A stretch of 60,855 bases of DNA from Burkholderiaceae bacterium (GTDB lineage Bacteria > Pseudomonadota > Gammaproteobacteria > Burkholderiales > Burkholderiaceae_C): assembly GCA_025458585.1 (NCBI GenBank), contig JALOSD010000001.1, positions 1 through 60,855 on the forward strand, in the 5' to 3' direction. The notes beneath the pieces were generated by a model. That model worked only from the letters and a program-made list of their open reading frames with translations. It was not told the origin of the DNA and did no database searches. The position numbers and the translations under genes were made by a program. Position 1 is the stretch's first letter. The number at the start of each line of letters is the position of its first letter. Of the stretch, positions 56,264-60,855 are shown piece by piece.

Positions 56264-57226
56264 TCAACGCAACCCCAGGCGCGCGCGCGTCGCGTCATGC
56301 TCGCGCTGCAGGCGCGCGACGAGTTCCGCGGCCGGCACGACGGCATGCACCGCACCGATGCCCTGGCCGCAGCCCCAGATATCCTTCCACGCCTTCTTGG
56401 CGCCTTCGCCGCCGCCGCCGAAGTTCATCGTCTTCAGGTCGCCTTCGGGCAGGTGGTCGGGGTCGAGGCCGGCGGCGCGGATCGAGGGCTTGAGGTAGTT
56501 GCCGTGCACGCCGGTGAACAGGCTCGAGTAGACGATGTCGTCGCTCGTGCCGTCGACGATCGCCTGCTTGTAGGCGTCGCTCGCGCGCGCCTCGTCGGTG
56601 GCGATGAAGGCCGAGCCGATGTAGGCGAAGTCGGCGCCCATCGCCTGCGCCGCGAGCACGCCGCCGCCGGTGGCGATGGCGCCGGACAGCGCGAGCGGGC
56701 CGTCGAACCACTCGCGGATCTCCTGCACGAGCGCAAACGGGCTCTTGACGCCGGCGTGGCCGCCGGCGCCTGCGGCCACCGCGATCAGGCCGTCGGCGCC
56801 CTTGTCCACGGCCTTGTGCGCGAAGGTGTCGTTGATCACGTCGTGCAGCACGATGCCGCCCCAGCCGTGCACCGCGTCGTTGACGTCGGTGCGCGCGCCC
56901 AGCGAGGTGATGACGATCGGCACCTTGTACTTCGCGCACACCTGCATGTCGTGCTCGAGGCGGTCGTTGCTCTTGTGCACGATCTGGTTGATCGCGAACG
57001 GCGCCGCCGGCCGGTCGGGGTGGTCACGGTTCCACGCCGCGAGCGTCTCGGTGATCTCGGCGAGCCATTCGTCGAGCTGCGACGCGGGTCGCGCGTTGAG
57101 CGCCGGCATCGAGCCGACGACGCCCGCCGTGCACTGGGCGATCACGAGCTTCGGGTTGCTGATGATGAACAGCGGCGCGCCGATGACGGGCAGGCGCAGG
57201 CCGTCGAACACGGAGGGCAGGGGCAA
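56264..57226 (-). CDS. Nitronate monooxygenase / 2-nitropropane dioxygenase family flavoprotein
   Basis: PVIGAPLF, GAGGHAG, YIGSAFIAT, WGCGQG; TTG start with AGGAG RBS. Confidence 0.88.
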   Translation of the reverse strand: MPLPSVFDGLRLPVIGAPLFIISNPKLVIAQCTAGVVGSMPALNARPASQLDEWLAEITETLAAWNRDHPDRPAAPFAINQIVHKSNDRLEHDMQVCAKYKVPIVITSLGARTDVNDAVHGWGGIVLHDVINDTFAHKAVDKGADGLIAVAAGAGGHAGVKSPFALVQEIREWFDGPLALSGAIATGGGVLAAQAMGADFAYIGSAFIATDEARASDAYKQAIVDGTSDDIVYSSLFTGVHGNYLKPSIRAAGLDPDHLPEGDLKTMNFGGGGEGAKKAWKDIWGCGQGIGAVHAVVPAAELVARLQREHDATRARLGLR

Positions 57227-57257
57227 GATCGACTCCTGTGGGGTCGTGGGACGGGGG

Positions 57258-59048
57258 TCAGAACGCCTCGACGGGCATCGAGGTCACGCCCTCGGCGCCC
57301 TCGACGATGCTGTCGCGCACCCCGGGCACGCGGCTGAGGATGTGGTCGGCGTAGAAGCGGGCGGTGACGATCTTGGCGCGCATGAACTCGACGTCGTGCC
57401 CGTCGGCCAGGTGGCGCTCGGCCGAAAGCAGCGCGCGCGCCATCTGCCAGCCGGCCATCAGGTTGCCGGCGAGCATCAGGTACGGCACCGAGCCCGCGTA
57501 GGCCGCGCCGGGGTTCGCCTTGCCCTGGGCGACGAGGTATTCGACGACGTCGACGAACGCCGCACGCGCCGCGCGCAGGCGGTGCAGCACCGCGCGCGCC
57601 GCGGCACTTCCCGCCTTGGCCAGTTCGGTCTCGGTGGCCTCGATCTGGCCGGCGATCGCCTTCGCCGTCGCGCCGCCGTCGCGCACCGTCTTGCGGCCCA
57701 CCAGGTCGTTGGCCTGGATCGCCGTCGTGCCCTCGTAAATCGTCAGGATCTTCGCGTCGCGGTAGTACTGCGCGGCGCCGGTCTCCTCGATGTAGCCCAT
57801 GCCGCCGTGCACCTGCACGCCCAGGCTCGTCACCTCGAGGCTCATCTCGGTGCTGTAGCCCTTGACCAGCGGCACCATGAACTCGTAGAAGGCCTGGTTC
57901 TGCGCGCGCACCGCGGCGTCGGGGTGCGTGTGCGCGGCGTCGTAGGCCGCGGCGGCGACGGTGGCCATCGACCGGCAGCCCTCGGTGAAGGCGCGCATCG
58001 TCATCAGCATGCGCTTGACGTCGGGGTGGTGGATGATCGGCGCCGAGCCGGTGGCCGAGCCGTCGACCGGACGCGACTGCACGCGCTCGCGCGCGTACCC
58101 CACCGCCTTCTGGTAGGCGCGCTCGGCCACCGCGACGCCCTGCATACCCACCGCGTAGCGCGCGGCGTTCATCATGATGAACATGTACTCGAGGCCGCGG
58201 TTCTCCTGGCCGATGAGGTGGCCCACCGCGCCGCCATGGTCGCCGTACTGCAGCACGGCGGTGGGGCTCGCCTTGATGCCGAGCTTGTGCTCGATGCTCA
58301 CGCAGTGCACGTCGTTGCGCGCGCCGAGGCTGCCATCGGCGTTCACCATGAACTTCGGCACGATGAACAGGCTGATGCCCTTCACGCCCTCGGGTGCGCC
58401 GGTCACACGCGCGAGCACGAGGTGCACGATGTTCTCGGCCATGTCGTGCTCGCCGAAGGTGATGTAGATCTTGGTGCCGAAGATCCTGTAGCTGCCGTCG
58501 GGCTGCGGCTCGGCGCGCGTGCGCACCGCCGCCAGGTCGCTGCCGGCCTGCGGCTCGGTCAGGTTCATCGTGCCGGTCCAGCGGCCCTCGATCATCGGCG
58601 GGATGTAGGTCGCCTTCTGCTCGTCGCTGCCGGCCGTCAGCAGCGCCTCGATCGCGCCGTCGGTCAGCAGCGGGCACAGCGCGAAGCTGAGGTTGGCGCT
58701 GTTGAGGATCTCGTTGCACGCCGCGCCGATCGTCTTCGGCAGGCCCTGACCGCCGAAGTCGGCCGGGTGCTGCAGCCCCTGCCAGCCGCCCTCGGCGAAC
58801 TGGCGGAACGCCTCCTTGAAGCCCGGCGTCGTCGTCACGACGCCATCCTTCCACGACGACGGGTTGCGGTCGCCGTCCCAGTTCAGCGGCGCGACCACGC
58901 CTTCGTTGAACTTCGCGCACTCCTCGAGCACGGCCTGCGCGGTCTCGGCGCCGGCGTCCTCGAAGCCGGGCAGCTTCGACACGGCCTCGAGGTTCGCGAG
59001 CTCGGTCATCGCGAACAGCATGTCCTTGACGGGGGCGCGGTAGGTCAT
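57258..59048 (-). CDS. Acyl-CoA dehydrogenase
   Basis: TMNLTEPQAGSDL, EHKLGIKASPT, QVHGGMG, IYEGT. Confidence 0.93.
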   Translation of the reverse strand: MTYRAPVKDMLFAMTELANLEAVSKLPGFEDAGAETAQAVLEECAKFNEGVVAPLNWDGDRNPSSWKDGVVTTTPGFKEAFRQFAEGGWQGLQHPADFGGQGLPKTIGAACNEILNSANLSFALCPLLTDGAIEALLTAGSDEQKATYIPPMIEGRWTGTMNLTEPQAGSDLAAVRTRAEPQPDGSYRIFGTKIYITFGEHDMAENIVHLVLARVTGAPEGVKGISLFIVPKFMVNADGSLGARNDVHCVSIEHKLGIKASPTAVLQYGDHGGAVGHLIGQENRGLEYMFIMMNAARYAVGMQGVAVAERAYQKAVGYARERVQSRPVDGSATGSAPIIHHPDVKRMLMTMRAFTEGCRSMATVAAAAYDAAHTHPDAAVRAQNQAFYEFMVPLVKGYSTEMSLEVTSLGVQVHGGMGYIEETGAAQYYRDAKILTIYEGTTAIQANDLVGRKTVRDGGATAKAIAGQIEATETELAKAGSAAARAVLHRLRAARAAFVDVVEYLVAQGKANPGAAYAGSVPYLMLAGNLMAGWQMARALLSAERHLADGHDVEFMRAKIVTARFYADHILSRVPGVRDSIVEGAEGVTSMPVEAF

Positions 59049-59069
59049 GGGGAACTCCGGATGAAGCAA

Positions 59070-59090
59070 GGGGGCGCCGCACGGCGCCCC
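59070..59090 (-). terminator. Hairpin between etfA and the acyl-CoA dehydrogenase gene
   Basis: GGGGGCGCC-N-GGCGCCCCC stem followed by TTGCTT on the minus strand. Confidence 0.45.
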
Positions 59091-59109
59091 CACGGGGTGA
59101 CGATGCGGC

Positions 59110-60042
59110 TCAGAGCTTGGCGATCAGCTCGGGCACGGCGGCGAACAGATCGGCCTCGAGCGCGTAGTCGGCCACCGCGAAGATCGGCGCCTCGGGATCC
59201 TTGTTGATCGCCACGATCACCTTGCTGTCCTTCATGCCGGCCAGGTGCTGGATCGCGCCGCTGATGCCGACCGCCACGTACAGCTGCGGCGCGACGATCT
59301 TGCCCGTCTGCCCGACCTGCCAGTCGTTGGGCGCGTAGCCGGCGTCGACGGCGGCACGGCTCGCACCGAGCGCGGCGCCCAGCTTGTCGGCCAGCGGCTC
59401 GAGCACCTCGTGGAACTTCTCGCTGCTGCCCAGCGCGCGGCCGCCGGAGACGATGATTTTCGCCGCCGTCAGCTCGGGGCGCTCGAGCTTGGCGATCTCG
59501 CTGCCGAGCCACGCGGCCTTGTCGCTCGCCGCGGCGGCCGGGACGGTCTCGACCGCGGCGCTGCCGCCGGTGGCCGGCGCGGCGTCGAAGCCGGTCGTAC
59601 GCACCGTGAGCACCTTGACGGGGTCGGTGGACTGCACGGTGGCGATCGCGTTGCCGGCGTAGATCGGCCGCTCGAAGGTGTCGGGTGCGATCACCTTGCT
59701 GACGTCGCTCATCTGTGCGACGTCGAGCAGCGCGGCCACGCGCGGCGCCACGTTCTTGCCGCCGGCGGTGGCCGGGAACAGGATGTGGCTGTAGCCCGAG
59801 GCGACGGCGAGCACCTGCGCCGCGAGGTTCTCGGCCAGCGCGTGGGCGAGCCCTTCGGCGTCGGCGTGCAGCACCTTGGCCACGCCCTCGATCTGCGCGG
59901 CCGCTTGCGCGGCACCCGCCGCGTGGTGGCCGGCCACCAGCACGTGCACCTCGCCGCCGCACTGGCGCGCGGCGGTGACGGTGTTCAGCGTGGCTCCCTT
60001 GATCGACGCGTGGTCGTGTTCGGCAATGACGAGACAGGTCAT
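59110..60042 (-). CDS. etfA: Electron transfer flavoprotein alpha subunit
   Basis: [30 protein letters not shown]. Confidence 0.96.
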   Translation of the reverse strand: MTCLVIAEHDHASIKGATLNTVTAARQCGGEVHVLVAGHHAAGAAQAAAQIEGVAKVLHADAEGLAHALAENLAAQVLAVASGYSHILFPATAGGKNVAPRVAALLDVAQMSDVSKVIAPDTFERPIYAGNAIATVQSTDPVKVLTVRTTGFDAAPATGGSAAVETVPAAAASDKAAWLGSEIAKLERPELTAAKIIVSGGRALGSSEKFHEVLEPLADKLGAALGASRAAVDAGYAPNDWQVGQTGKIVAPQLYVAVGISGAIQHLAGMKDSKVIVAINKDPEAPIFAVADYALEADLFAAVPELIAKL

Positions 60043-60044
60043 GG

Positions 60045-60794
60045 TCAGATCACCTTGGCTTCGTTCTTGAGCTTGTCCACCAGCGTCGCGACGTCGGGCA
60101 CCTTGATGCCGGCGCTGCGCTTGGGCGGCTCGGCGACCTTCAGCGTCTTGATGCGCGGCGTCACGTCGACGCCGAGGTCGGCCGGCTTGACGACGTCCAG
60201 TGTCTTCTTCTTGGCCTTCATGATGTTGGGCAGCGTGACGTAGCGCGGCTCATTCAGACGCAGGTCGGTCGTCACGATCGCCGGCAGCGTCAGCTTGACC
60301 GTCTCGAGGCCGCCGTCGATCTCGCGCGTGACCTTCAGCGCGCCGCCGTCCACCTCGAGCTTGCTCGCAAACGTGCCCTGCGGCAGAGCGGCGAGCGCGG
60401 CGAGCATCTGGCCGGTCTGGTTGCAGTCGTCGTCGATTGCTTGCTTGCCCAGGATCACCAGCCCGGGGGCCTCCTTGTCGACCAGCGCCTTGAGCAGCTT
60501 GGCCACCGCCAGCGGCTGCAGCTCCTCGGTGGTCTCGACCAGGATCGCGCGGTCGGCGCCAATGGCCATTGCGGTGCGCAGCGTCTCCTGGCACTGCGCC
60601 ACGCCGCACGAGACGGCGACCACCTCGCTGGCGGCGCCCTTCTCCTTCAGCCGCACCGCTTCCTCGACGGCGATCTCGTCGAACGGATTCATGCTCATCT
60701 TGACATTGGCGATGTCCACGCCGGTGCCGTCGCTCTTCACGCGCACCTTGACGTTGTAGTCGACAACCCGCTTGACGGGGACCAGGATCTTCAT
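60045..60794 (-). CDS. etfB: Electron transfer flavoprotein beta subunit
   Basis: [29 protein letters not shown]; AGGAG RBS and TAGAAT -10 upstream. Confidence 0.96.
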   Translation of the reverse strand: MKILVPVKRVVDYNVKVRVKSDGTGVDIANVKMSMNPFDEIAVEEAVRLKEKGAASEVVAVSCGVAQCQETLRTAMAIGADRAILVETTEELQPLAVAKLLKALVDKEAPGLVILGKQAIDDDCNQTGQMLAALAALPQGTFASKLEVDGGALKVTREIDGGLETVKLTLPAIVTTDLRLNEPRYVTLPNIMKAKKKTLDVVKPADLGVDVTPRIKTLKVAEPPKRSAGIKVPDVATLVDKLKNEAKVI

Positions 60795-60855
60795 GCGGCA
60801 GTGCTCCTGCGTGGGGATGGAGGTCGTCGGGAGGATTCTAGAAGCCACCTCCGCT

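Noticed and set aside
53128-56493. Very long antisense or alternate-frame ORFs (1121 aa here; also 2991-5468, 20640-23525, 56670-59207 and many more)
   Set aside because: These are shadow ORFs expected at very high GC. They are Arg/Ala/Gly-rich, have no motifs, and overlap well-supported genes.

Overview
This ~61 kb, very GC-rich window is core chromosome of a Burkholderiales betaproteobacterium (Rubrivivax/Ideonella/Caldimonas-like, judged from gene order and protein style). It is almost all housekeeping genes, mostly on the minus strand. In window order: mnmH (5'-partial), DUF2189, DUF2788, ppk2, rmuC, a VIT-like gene; the rpsB-tsf-pyrH-frr-uppS-cdsA-dxr-rseP-bamA-skp-lpxD-fabZ-lpxA-lpxB-rnhB-trmH cluster; nnr, rnr, tRNA-Leu(CAG); the ndk-rlmN-pilW-rodZ-ispG-hisS-yfgM-bamB-der-hfq-hflXKC-hisZ-purA cluster; rluD-scpB-rluB, bamD, a DinG/YoaA helicase, a PP2C phosphatase; sucA-sucB-(SHOCT/PspC)-lpdA-zapE; and etfBA, an acyl-CoA dehydrogenase and a nitronate monooxygenase. 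I see no prophage, transposase, integrase, CRISPR array or defence island, and I cannot support a clearly new multi-gene system. The most striking anomaly is four clean frameshifting deletions of roughly 35-70 nt in conserved genes (rmuC, the normally essential frr, rnr, a phosphoribosyltransferase), with a possible fifth in DUF2189. All lie in the first 25 kb and are most simply assembly artefacts. Other points worth a look: an RluB with three 87-nt-period C-terminal repeats, a ~260-nt structured leader with mutually exclusive stems before scpB-rluB, two copies of an ~80-bp REP-like element, a symmetric bidirectional promoter, an FNR-like box, and a sucA RNA motif. Family assignments and homologue comparisons come from remembered motifs, not from database searches.
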